Of a DNA stretch of 64,000 nt, positions 11,986 through 23,312 are shown in pieces. The translations under genes were made by a program, and so were the position numbers. Position 1 is the first letter of the stretch; each line of letters starts with the position of its first letter. The notes below the pieces were generated by a model. That model was not told where the DNA came from. It saw only the letters and a list, made by a program, of their open reading frames with translations, and made no database searches. Source of the stretch: Spongospora subterranea f. sp. subterranea (lineage: Eukaryota); the NCBI GenBank assembly GCA_049724395.1, contig JAUGWO010000082.1:186001-250000 (forward strand), read 5' to 3'.

Positions 11986-13104
11986 TTATATGTCGAAATT
12001 TGGTTTACGGGGGGTTGTAAGGTCGGCTGGGGTTAATGGCATCGTCGCTATACCGGCGTGATGATCCGACATGTCCAACTGTTCCCCGTTATTCTCGTAC
12101 CGAACGTGTTCGACGTGGAACGTGATCGCTGGCAGGTCGGGAGCGGCGGCGGTGGACGACGACGACGCGCCTGGCAACATCAACGGCACGACGTAGTCGA
12201 GATGCGAGTCGAAATCCAGGTCGGGCGTGGTGGTGGCTTTGAGGTCGGGGTGCAATCGCCTCAGGTAGTTATTGGTCCCATAATGAACTGAGTAATCGTC
12301 AAGAACATCGGTGGCGTCCGGCTGGTTTTCCGATTTGAACAACGGACGTCCCGCCTCGACTATCGCAAACTTGTCCTTGACCTTATCCCAGGCGAACGTC
12401 TTCTTTTCCGATTGTTCGAGTCCGTCCATGTTCAGGTCGCCCATCAATATCAGCGAGTCGAGTCGTTCGTCTTTCAGGTTGTTCTTGACGTATCGGTTGA
12501 TCTCGCCGAGCTGCTGATCCCTGACCGATTGCGCCGTCGCCGCCACCGACCTGCCCGAGAAACGGCCGCACATGGAGTCGTCGGCCTGAAGATGGGTGGC
12601 GATGATCCCGACCTTGTGTTTGCGGTCGCCGTCCACGATCGTCGTGCTGACGTAGATGAAGCCCTTGTTCGACAGGCGATCGGTACCGCAGCTCGTCGTG
12701 AACGCCTGGAAAAAGGTCTTGGACAGTGGCGTTCTGGACATAACGCAGATGCCAGCGTTGACTGGCGTAGTCCAACTCTTGGGCGTCGAATCTGTAATAA
12801 AAAAATCCAACTGCGCTGCTGTTTTCTCCAACATTGCCCGACTGCTCGACGAAAACGCCTCCTGAAATGCGAGAATGTCGAGGTTGAATTCGGCGACCTT
12901 GTTGGCGATCTGTGTGGGCATGTGCTTGATACGAGGGCCAGGTGGCAGATAGAGAAACCAGGTGAGAGGCGCTGGGAATAATTGCATGTTGTAGGTCATG
13001 AGGTTGAGCGTGCGGGGAACGGTCGCCGCCTTCACAACGACGATATGAGGGATCGCGAACAGGATCACCACGACCAACAGGGGTATCGGGCTTGGATATT
13101 TCAT
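11986..13104 (-). CDS. Secreted neutral sphingomyelinase C-like EEP-family phosphodiesterase, paralog B (intronless)
   Basis: Hydrophobic N-terminus MKYPSPIPLLVVVILFAIPHIVVVKA; motifs MTYN, FQEAF, CGTDRLSNKGFIY, THLQADDSMCG, GDLN, LDYV, MSDH. Confidence 0.9.
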   Translation of the reverse strand: MKYPSPIPLLVVVILFAIPHIVVVKAATVPRTLNLMTYNMQLFPAPLTWFLYLPPGPRIKHMPTQIANKVAEFNLDILAFQEAFSSSSRAMLEKTAAQLDFFITDSTPKSWTTPVNAGICVMSRTPLSKTFFQAFTTSCGTDRLSNKGFIYVSTTIVDGDRKHKVGIIATHLQADDSMCGRFSGRSVAATAQSVRDQQLGEINRYVKNNLKDERLDSLILMGDLNMDGLEQSEKKTFAWDKVKDKFAIVEAGRPLFKSENQPDATDVLDDYSVHYGTNNYLRRLHPDLKATTTPDLDFDSHLDYVVPLMLPGASSSSTAAAPDLPAITFHVEHVRYENNGEQLDMSDHHAGIATMPLTPADLTTPRKPNFDI

Positions 13105-13542
13105 TGTCGGACGGGAGACGAGAAATAATCAGTCGTCGGGGTTTGGAAATATAATAGGGAATGACTCGGTGTCGGCGTTGGACGTGTCCAGATGGCGCTA
13201 TCATCCGATCACGGCAAGTTCCGCTCGCAGGATTATTCAGGAGATCGATCACAGATTGTGGACGTGTCGAGACAACTCCACTGGGGCGACCGACAACAGA
13301 CCGTTATGGTGGGAATAGAAATATGGTCGGGGACAAGCAGATGATCAGATCACGGTGACGTGCCGACAGTTGAATATGGCCCAAACATGGCCCCAAATCC
13401 TCGATTTGGCCCAACATGGTTTAAGGACTTGAATCCGTCCTTCGTTGCCTTTAATCCTGATTCTTCTCGAACCTAGCCCTCACTTGAATAATAGATAATC
13501 AATGTCGTCGAAGCAAAGCATTGTCCAAGGTTGTTTCAAATA

Positions 13543-14575
13543 CGTCATATCCTCGACCTTGGAAAACGGCACGAAATATCGCTGCCGTCAGTATCGCGCC
13601 ACAAAGCACAGGCCAGAGCAGTTCGAGACCGGTGTTGATCGCTGACCCTTGACGATTCCATCGGGCAAAAACCACCAACGTAGGAATGCACTGTTCGGGC
13701 CTGTGCGTTGTGGCGCGACGCCGACTACAGCGATAGCATCTCGTGCCATTCTATAAAAAAGAAGTGAGGGCTAGGTTCGAGAAGAATCAGGATCAAAAGG
13801 CAACGAAGGAACGGGACATTCAAGTCCTTAAGACATGTTATTCTTTTCGAACCTATAATCAGTTTTCCTAATAAATAACGGGGGTGTTCTCGTGTCAATG
13901 GTGATCGAGTACATGAGTTAGTGATCGACACCACATTTTCCGTTGATCGCTGATCTTGACGGTTCAATCGGGCAATACTACCAATGTGGCGAAACACTGT
14001 TCTGGCCTGGGCCTTGTGCCACGACGCTTTCATGCCGTTTTCCGACGTCGAGGATATGACGATATACTGTCGCTGCAGTCGGCGTCGTGGCCAGAGCAGT
14101 GCTTTTGCTACATTTGTTAGTGTTGGCCGATAAAACGGTCAAGGTCAACGATGGTCGGCGGGCTCACTGCTGCCAGAACTAGACTAAATCACGTGCTGGT
14201 CAAGAATGTCGAGGAGGAGGTCGTGTCCTGAGAAATGTGCTGCTATTCATTAATATTCCGACGGTGTCAATTTTCTCCAGATGAAAGGAATGATTGATGA
14301 TCTGGCCTGAAACTGACCGATCACGAACCGCAACCCCAATCTGGGTGGAACGCCATGCGGTTGGTGGTCAGAAGCCAGATCATCAATCATTGCTTTCATC
14401 TTATACCCAATAAATTGCAGCACATTTCACAGGACCGACCTCCTTCTTGACATTCTTGTCAATATTCATGATCTAGGTCAAGGTGAGCGCCCGATGCTGA
14501 TCGCTGACCTTGACGGTTCAATTGGGCAATACTCCAATGCAGTGAAGCACTGCTCTGGCCTGCGCTTTGTGGCGC
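13543..14575. repeat. Five diverged copies, in mixed orientation, of a ~100-250 bp unit encoding a FLYWCH/WRKY-like Zn-finger fragment (MULE-like transposase N-terminus)
   Basis: Copies at ~13543-13622(+), 13635-13750(-), 13941-14062(-), 14064-14332(+), 14356-14575(-). Composite translation approximately KYVISSTLENGTKYRCRQYRATKHRPEQCFATLVVLPD-TVKISDQH...VKNVEEE|MKGMIDDLA. Confidence 0.65.
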
Positions 14576-14861
14576 CCGTGTATGAGGAAGATTACACAAC
14601 ATAGGCTGGCTGGATTGGGGTCATCCTGGAAGATACAAGACGGTCAAACAACCAGGTTGGCTGGATCCGATTATGAACAATTATCGGATCAAATCGATGT
14701 GATTGATTCCAATCACAATGAAGATATCGGTTCTCAATGTGTGTAATGACAGTGCAGATCTATACTATAGATGTGATGACTACCGCAGGCAGTAAAAAAC
14801 GTGTTTTTGTTCAATATTCACCATAATACCATTTGATATTTCCTTCGCTTTTATCCACGAT

Positions 14862-15087
14862 CAATTGCCGATCAGATTCTCATCTTGTTTCACCTCACTC
14901 AACAATCACTCATTCGGCAATAGGATCTCGACGTGTGTAATGACAGTACAGGGCTGTCAAGGTCTGATGACGTCCAATTGCCGATCAGATTCTCATCCTG
15001 TACTGTCATGACACACCTCGAGGTTCTATTGCCGAATGAGTATTTGCTGGGTGAGGTGAATTAGGACGAGAATCTGATCGGCAATTG
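14862..15087. repeat. Imperfect inverted repeat, ~91-bp arms (14862-14952 / 14997-15087)
   Basis: caattgccgatcagattctc...gtgtgtaatgacagtacagg versus its reverse complement. The loop carries a third copy of the arm end. Confidence 0.9.
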
Positions 15088-16461
15088 GACGTCATCACAC
15101 CCGATGCAGATGATATTGCCAGTCTATATTCGATCAATAATGCGGTTATACCCTACAATGACACAATCACGGTTAGGATATCTATCTGTTTCCGATTTGC
15201 CAAAATGGAATATATTGTTAGATTGAGGGAATTGTTCAGATAACGATGTCGAGGACCTGGATATCGGCAGGGTTGACATTGCACCGATTGTATGTCAGGC
15301 AGGTTGGCGGTCTACACAGCCTGATCACAACACTCTGCGAACCTTCTGGTCCAGCGCTATCCCCTATCGATCCTAACCGATCGAGGATATCTCTCGGACA
15401 AGGCCGAAAGTGCAGCTGCATATCGAATTTCAGCGTTTAGCAAGGCACGTCGATTCCGTCCAAGGGAGAAACTGCAGTCGCCGTTGCTGCAGATGGAAGA
15501 GAATATAGCAGAGTTTGAGGATTCACATGAGGAACAGCAATTCGACGGTGGTGATCCGTTTTCAGTGGTCTGGGGATATACGATTGGTGCATGTGAAGTG
15601 ATGATATCGTACGATGGTGCAACTATCTCACACGACCAAGTATCGCACAGGAATCCATCTAAGGCCCATCCAAGGAACACTATCCACCGATCATCGATGA
15701 CCAGTTTGAACTTCCCCAAGATCTTCGATGATTCAAATCAATTTACCAAATTCCAATATGCATTTAACAGCTCATTACAAACGCCATTGCTAGATTTTCA
15801 ACATTTCAACATCATCTGACTGAGTTAGATCGTTTTAAAACTTTTTTTGATTTTTGGAACAGTTAAAAGTCATATCAGGCTTTTTTTGGGTCAAATCGGG
15901 ATTTTGGGCCATTTTCAACTCGCTCGTGACATGATTCAAATGGCAATCTCGTTGGTGTTGATTATACTTTTGTAGCGCTTCGTCTCAGACGCGGTGGGGA
16001 GTCAGCGGAGGGTTTATTGATTCTCTGGCAGGGCAAACGACAGAAACAAGTTTTCTTAACTTATTCACATAAAACGCAAACAATCCCCGATTTGCGGAGA
16101 AAACACTTTTCCGAATAACGGTTGCATTGGTGTCGTCGATAGCGAGTGAGAATTAGTGCCCATCATACATGTGATGTATGGTCAATTCGTTTGTAGGGGG
16201 GCAGACAATACGAGGTTTTGCTGTTCATGAAGTAAAACTTCAGTCCCAATAAACGGTTCCCGATTTCCTACCTAGTTCTGTGTGTCAAACGCGCAATACG
16301 CCAACGCAACGACATGGATTTGACCAGCTGAAATCAACAAGGCCAGCCTGCATGAGGTCCAGACTCCTCTCCAGTGCAGCGTTTGCTGTGTTGCCGGGTT
16401 CCGGACTGCGCCCGAACTCGCGTCAACTTACCGCTGATTTCCCTGGCGGTGGCGATCAAAA

Positions 16462-17004
16462 ATGTCATCGGAACAGGACGATATTCGGAAACGCCGGGCA
16501 GCAGAGCGTCGTGCGAAAATTCTGGCTTCATCGGCGTCGCGGATGGCGGTCGTGGAAGGCACGACTAAATCGCTGCATGGCGATGATGGCAAAATGGCGC
16601 CATCGAGTCAGACCGAAGTTGCAACACCACCAGCCTTTGTCTCCATGGCGTGCGTGACGAGACTCTCTCAAGTTCGTTGGCAATTAGACACGGCGATGCA
16701 CTTCATCTTGTGGGTTCTCAGCGCCATAATCGGGGTGAATAATCGCCTATTGGGATGGCAATCCAGCTATCGCCAGATCGTCGCCATTCATCTGGTCGTG
16801 ACATTGGGGTGTTTCATCGCCTCTGAATACGCCAGGTATCGCCTAGCTGGAGGACGGTTTGGTCTCAATAACGATAAATTGATGGTCATGGGTGATGTCG
16901 CTGAGCTGATCTTGGCCTGTGGAAGAGCAGTATCGATGTGCATCGACAACTTGGCCCTAGTGGCGTTCACGTACGTGATGACAGGCTATCTTACTACAGG
17001 ATAA
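16462..17004 (+). CDS. GET2/CAML-like ER receptor for tail-anchored protein insertion
   Basis: Basic N-terminal motif RKRRAAERRAKILASSASRMAVVEG followed by three C-terminal hydrophobic segments; single exon. Confidence 0.65.
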   Translation: MSSEQDDIRKRRAAERRAKILASSASRMAVVEGTTKSLHGDDGKMAPSSQTEVATPPAFVSMACVTRLSQVRWQLDTAMHFILWVLSAIIGVNNRLLGWQSSYRQIVAIHLVVTLGCFIASEYARYRLAGGRFGLNNDKLMVMGDVAELILACGRAVSMCIDNLALVAFTYVMTGYLTTG

Positions 17005-17133
17005 AATTCCCAATTCTAGGAGCAGTATTGATCAACACACTTCATTATTTTAACAATGCACAATGAGTGAGAAGTTATCAAATACAAATTTTCTACAGAA
17101 AACCTCTTCCTCTTTTTGAAGCTTTAATATATC

Positions 17134-20103
17134 TCACAGTTTCGGGTTTCGAGTATATCGAGCCCGCAGTTCACGCCGCATCACCTTCCCGGTTGCCGTT
17201 CTTGGAAGCGCTGTAAGTAGACAGACATCGTGGATCTAGAATAGCAGTTTTACTAGCAATACCGAACCAGGAACCAGGTCGACCTTGAAAAGTGGATTAA
17301 GGCGTTCCTTGATAATTGCTTGCAGTTTAATTTTCAGTTCCGATTGCGCTACGCCGGCCCCTAAGGTATGGCTTTGCATTAGACGAAAATGGTAACTGAC
17401 AAAACTAACAACCTATCGAATTACCCTTTGACACGACGAAAACAACAAGTAGATCAGGCCCGCCATCTGCAGGCGAGGTAGCGATGGCGGCACATTCACT
17501 AACAGCATCGCAAAGGCAGCAAACATTTTCGAGCTGAACACTGGAAACCTTAATTCCACCAAGATTCTATGACCGGATTTGAATTATCGACAAAAAAAAT
17601 CTGACAACAAATTGCCTACCATTGTGTCATCGGCTCTGGTGAAAAAACATTAGATTAAAAGTCCAACAAAATATCGAGGGAAAAAATACCTTCCCATTGC
17701 GCGATAATAACCGGACTCTTGCAGAATTCGATCACCATGTCGTCTTAGCGTTTTTCCCTCTGGACCGGTTGGCAAATCCGCAAAGTAAACCTTCTTGGAA
17801 ATGAGTTCGAGTATTCGACTGCAGCATTGACGTACCTTGAAATGGTCTTGATTGAGAATCACATTGGAAAGACCTAAACTTGGGCCGACCAATGCAATTT
17901 CCCCTTCACTAAAAATTGGTTGCAGTGTAATGTTCAGCGAAGCAATCGCTACAGTATTAGCATCGCCTGACCTAGAGTCGCTTCCTAAAGTCGCAATTTC
18001 GATTGATGGGGTAACTGTACTAAACCAGGATGGAGCCTGCGCTTGCGTCATTGTTCCGGCAAGGTACCCACCCCCTGCAGCATTGAACGTTAAGCGAAAC
18101 GGCTCAGCGTTGTCGGCTAACATTGCGGAATGGGTAGTCAAATTGACTCGAAACCCGTTACCAAGTTTTTTATCTGCAATTACCGCATAGAAAACAACCG
18201 AAAACATTGATGTAAGCTTGTCCAAAGAGAATGAAAAGCGCGAGATAACAAATTCAACTTTCGAACCGCAAGCAAACTGCTTCAGAAAACATAACCAATT
18301 TTCTCAACGCGAGGCCAGTCATGATAATTCTATGGATCGCAGCAAACGGCAACACAACTTATTACCAATTTCCGTGCCGCCACAGTATTCGATAACAGGC
18401 GCATAACCGGGACGTTGACTCATCAGCCATAATTGATCAGCAGGAGTACTGGCTTCACCGGTGCTTGAGTATCTTGAAACTCCCGCCCACAAACCGTCCC
18501 TCACACAGTCAAGTTGACGTAATTGTTTAGTAATGCCTGGAACAAGTCCGAGCATATCGACTTTAGCATTTGCGATAAATGAGCAGAAAGCTTCGGACAT
18601 GGGCGAACCGCAAAAAAGGCCGATAGTGGCTTTGTTAATCAGAGTAGCAAACACGAGAAATGGCGCCATCTGCATCCAAGGTCAACATGACAAACATGAA
18701 ATTGAAATCTTTAAACACCAGCATGTTAAAACGCGCGCGTAGAAATGATCAAGCAGTAAGAAAAACTCTCACCATCCATCCAAAATTTGTCGGCCACACA
18801 ATACACTCGCCCGCTTTTATATTATGAAGAAGATACCCATCGCAAGCTGCTTTGATGGGCGTAGAATGATTCCAGGGAATCGCCTTTGGCGCGCCGGTGG
18901 TTCCACTGCTGAACAAAATATTGATTGGAGCTTCAGCAGGCAACGCAACCGCAGCGAAGGCCCCAGCACCTTTCGCGATGAACTGATTCCACGCAAGATC
19001 CGCTTCACTTCGTAATTCGCAGGCAATGTCAGTTCCTGAAAACATCATTCGAATAAAATGTATGAGTAATTACAATAAGATGAATGACGCACCTTCGGCA
19101 TGGGAATCTATAACAAGACCAGGAAGAACGACACTGAAAGCGCGGAATCATACGCTGACTGGATCACACGTTCATATAAAGGGATGCGTTTCTCTCCACG
19201 ATAGATAAAGTCTTGCGTAAAAACTACCCTGCATTTGCTGATTTCCAAACGAGTCCTGACTTCTTCTGCTGAAAAACTGTCTGCGATAGATACGGCTACA
19301 AATCCTGCTTTGATCAACCCGAGGTAGATGGCAACCGACTCAGCTGTCATTTCCATGAAAATCGCGGCGGTGTCTCCTTGACGTAAACCACAAACAGTTA
19401 AAGCGTTTGCCACTCGATCTGCATAATTTTCTAGCTCGCCATAACTCCATTCGGAAATTACCGATTGACTTTCTCGTTGAAACCTTATCGCAGGTGAATT
19501 ACTTGTCTGTTGAAAGCAACTTTGCGCAATATTCATCTGCAAGTGCCAAGTAAGGATATGATGAAGATATAAACGTATAACTTAGTCGTGTAATTAAAAA
19601 TAGAGCAAGGAAAAGAAGGAGCAATCGAAAGAGCACCTTACTTTCGCATTTGGTAGATATTTTACTTTTGAAACGCCCTCAGAAACATCAAAAATTGCAG
19701 AAGGTGCATTTGAAAATTGAATTGAAAGAGCTTGCAAAACTGCATTCCAGAACCCTTCCCGATCTTTGATGGAGAAATTACACAGTGAGGCAAAACAGTC
19801 TCTGCTCAGGTCGATCCCAAGCCGCATGCATAGGGCTGCGGCATTGCTATGCTGGATAACTTGCGGATCTGGAAAATACGCCATCCACGGTTGCGGCGTC
19901 CCTTCATAGCATTTTTTATACAGAAGCTGGTGAATGGAAAACGGCAACGTTGGTGGTCCCGACAGCACCGTTTTTAAAAGGGTTCGCCAGCGTTGCATGG
20001 GATCGTCAACCGACAGAGCTGCATTCATAGTATTTACTAACCCAGCGGCATCGATATTGGAAGGAAGCAACGACTGCAATTCTTCTAACCTCATCAATCT
20101 CAT
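17134..20103 (-). CDS. Acyl-activating enzyme / acetyl-CoA synthetase-like (AAE17/18 type), probably peroxisomal
   Basis: NILFSSGTTGAPKAIPW, WPTNFGWMMAP, YSSTGEAS, PVIEYCGGTEIGGG, LRRHGD, GRADDTMNLGGIKVSS, LPRTATGKVMRRELR; ends ...NPKL* (PTS1-like). Confidence 0.9.
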
Positions 20104-21406
20104 TTTGAAAATAAACAGCGACAAAAATAAAAGTAACCAATAGTAACTTAAACTGCTACGGTACAGCACTCCCGTCGACCACTTTGCTGCACTCACATGG
20201 CTACGCCGCAGATTTCGCCGTGGGCCTCATGTCTGACTGATTACAGTTCCAGTTCACAGTCCCGCAAATCCGGGTGTGACTTTCCCTTCCGCTGGAGATG
20301 CATTCTTGACGCGGGGACGCCCACAGGCCGGTAGGTTACGCTGACCAGCAGATCTTCCAACAGTTCATGACTCAATGATCTCGCATTTTGCAAAAACCGA
20401 GAGAATATATGAGGAATCAGTGTTCGCCATTCATTTCTGGAGCATAAAACTGTTGCCTGAGGCTCATATTTGTGCAAATATTCTTTGTGCCGGTAAAGAA
20501 TTCACGCGGTACGACGACGCTGCTTCCATTTCTAACCCAAAGCAAACTTATCGAGTTCCAATTATATTAATATTTTGGGGGTTTTCCAAAAGTCTTATCG
20601 CAATAGGCTTGTGAGGTCTAACCTTCCAACACCAAAGTAAGTTTATCCTTTGATGCAAGCCATCGCCGACCGTGACGGAAAAGCTGCCCCATTCCTCCAT
20701 GACCAGTTAACGTCGTAAAGCACTTCGGACGCTCCTTGGAATCAATCGTACGTCATTTGCCATGATTTTTTTCTTTCACACTGAAAAAAGAAAAGAAACG
20801 ATATTTATAGTTCTGCCGCCGTCCAGGGAGTTAGAATTTCCAGGTCAAAAATTCCGAATATGGTCATTGTTCAATTCTCGTCCTTACCGGTGGCGCATTC
20901 GCGTTTCATCGATTTTTTGTATGGGTATCAACATTAGGACGCCGTAGATACTATTATGTGCATCACATCTTGAACAGAGCTCTCCGCTAATCAGGGCAAT
21001 GGAAAGCTTACCAGGTCGAGGTGAATTAATACACAGTGAGCGATTCTGGCTGATTATACGGCAGAATAATACTACCAACATTCGAATCAGGCTAATGCTC
21101 CTACATTGTTCATTTGTCTGCCTTCATCAATGAAAATTTGAATGCTCAGGTAAAATGTACATATAAGGTCATCATTCGAATTCTCAGTAAAAAAGCTCTG
21201 TTTGACAAAAACAATCGGCCAGTAAACTTGAGCCGCCCATTATCAAATTGGCCCGGCGTTGGATGGCGAAATGCTTTGATGTGAAACAATGTAGAATTTG
21301 GTATTTCGTAATTGGTATCCATTTCTAGTAACAATTGTTCGGCTTTCAAACTCGCGCATTGCAACTTGTCTGATCGACTCGCCCAGAAGTATCCTTCAAA
21401 TCTAGA

Positions 21407-23237
21407 ATGCACCGTGATTCATTTGTGTATTGGGAAATGATAATGGGCCAGCACCAACATTACAAATTAGAAGCAATGTCAATACTCGACGGCGTGTGCC
21501 TTGTTTTGGAGAGTCATTGCAAATATAAAGACTCAGCGCAAAAGACATTTGTGGCAAACTGCAATATGACGACGGATTTCTTAGAGATGGAGTTTACAAT
21601 TCTGCAGAAACGACTCAACTCTCCAAGTGGTCCTAAACTTGACGTGAATTTCAGTAAAACATCGGATGCTGATTTCGATTCTGTCCTGATCAACAATCTT
21701 ATCATCGAAACAGCTATTGCCGGGGACCATGATATGCTGGCACGTTTACTATCACATCCTGCTGCCGATTTAGATTCTGGCTGGGCTGGACTTTCGCATT
21801 CCCCGTTTTGGACAGCGGACCATCGGCAAGCGGCATTCCGGGGCGCTGCAGGATACGGCCGCGTAGCCTGTGTCGAATTGCTTCTGGGTCATCCCTGATG
21901 TCGATCCCACCGCAGTCGATAACGAGGCAATACGCGAATCGTGTGCTAATGGGCATGGCGACACACTGAAGGCGTTACTCAAAGTCAGTGGGAAACATCA
22001 ACATTTTGAGGGTTGCACTCACTCCACATGAACGTCATGATGAGTGGCTGCGCATCAGTCTCATTCGAAACGAAATGAAACGCGACAGAGGTGGTTAAAA
22101 GGAACATGACATGTTATTTCCGTTTCTGGCAATCTGGTCGGAAAACGGTTCATCAACTTGTGTATCCAGGTTGAAAGAATATTGACAACCGTCGACGTTG
22201 ACTTGCTGCTGGCCCTCGCATGTTCATCCGGGCAAGCAAACACGGCGCAGATTTTGCTGAACGAAACTCGTGCCGATCCCAGCGCTGACGGGTTTTCAGC
22301 GTTCGTGACCGCGTGTTCTCGCGGTCATAGTCGTGTTGCCCGTTTGATAATTTCTTACGTGCAAGGTATATCGAATAGCTTGAGCATGACTTTCCTGTAC
22401 GGATGCTGATACTGCTCTTAGATGATCCGGTGCTGTTAGAAAATCTGAATGCCATCATGCCAAAAGTACTTATCGCTGTTGCTCAATCAAGATGCACAAG
22501 GTCAGCATAGTACAGAAATCAATGAACTGATTAACTCAATATATGTTAAGCTTGATGCGTGCCTTATTGGCACTCAAAGGTGTCGATCCATCTGCCAAGA
22601 ATAACGCTGCGATAATCAACGCTTGCTGCCAACCTCACAATTTAGCGATGGTATTATCTATCTGAAATATACTCAGTTACCTGAGTTCAGATATAGGTTC
22701 GCTTATTATTGAGCGATCCACGAGTTGATGCATCAGCATGTAATAATCTCGCGCTAAGGTTCGCTGCTTCTCAAGGAAGTAAAGAAATTGTTCGATGCCT
22801 GCTAAACAGCTCTTCGAAAGTTCTGCAAGCTGCTACCGATATCGGAATTGTCATCGAGACGCTGTCGTACGGGAAAGATCAGACTGCGAGAGAACTGATT
22901 TGGCGAGGTTCTTGGATTGGCCAGAAATTCAAGTTGTTAGCGCGGACCATTGCCGAGATTCGGGCACCGGTGGGAAGACGCGCAGAGTCGACGCCTAAAG
23001 ACTGCGATTATGAGATTAAGAGGAGAACGTGAAACCGTATGTCGTTCGGTTATTTTGATGGATAAGACTGGCCTTCCAGCGGAAGTGCTGGATTCAGTTT
23101 TGATATTTGCTTATGGAAGCCGTTTACGAGGCGAGACTGCAGCTGAGCGAAGGCGAGATATTGCAGCTCTTCGTCGTTCCAGGCAACAGTGTTGTCCCTA
23201 CAGGAAAAAAAACATCCGAATAGGATTATCTCTCTGA
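21407..23237 (+). CDS. Ankyrin-repeat protein (multi-exon; two apparent +1 frameshifts, so possibly a pseudogene or an assembly error; 5' end uncertain)
   Basis: Repeats AFRGAAGYGRVACVELLL, DPTAVDNEAIRESCANGHGDTLKALL, ADPSADGFSAFVTACSRGH, DPSAKNNAAIINAC, DPRVDASACNNLALRFAASQG. Confidence 0.75.
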
Positions 23238-23312
23238 AGACGCAAGATGAATAAGACAATAATAGATTATTGAATTTCATTAAATAGCATAGATTACTCA
23301 GTGATACATATA

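Larger units (their letters stand above)
13357..15928. mobile_element. Degenerate DNA-transposon block bounded by imperfect terminal inverted repeats, containing scrambled transposase remnants
   Basis: 13368-13414 agttgaatatggcccaaa..tcctcgatttggcccaa matches the reverse complement of 15886-15928 (cacgagcgagttgaaaatggcccaaaatcccgatttgacccaa). The interior is repetitive and lacks intact ORFs. Confidence 0.5.

Noticed and set aside
10540..13252. Long antisense and alternate-frame ORFs over the sphingomyelinase genes, including the 289-aa ORF
   Set aside because: Shadow ORFs expected from GC-rich codon usage.
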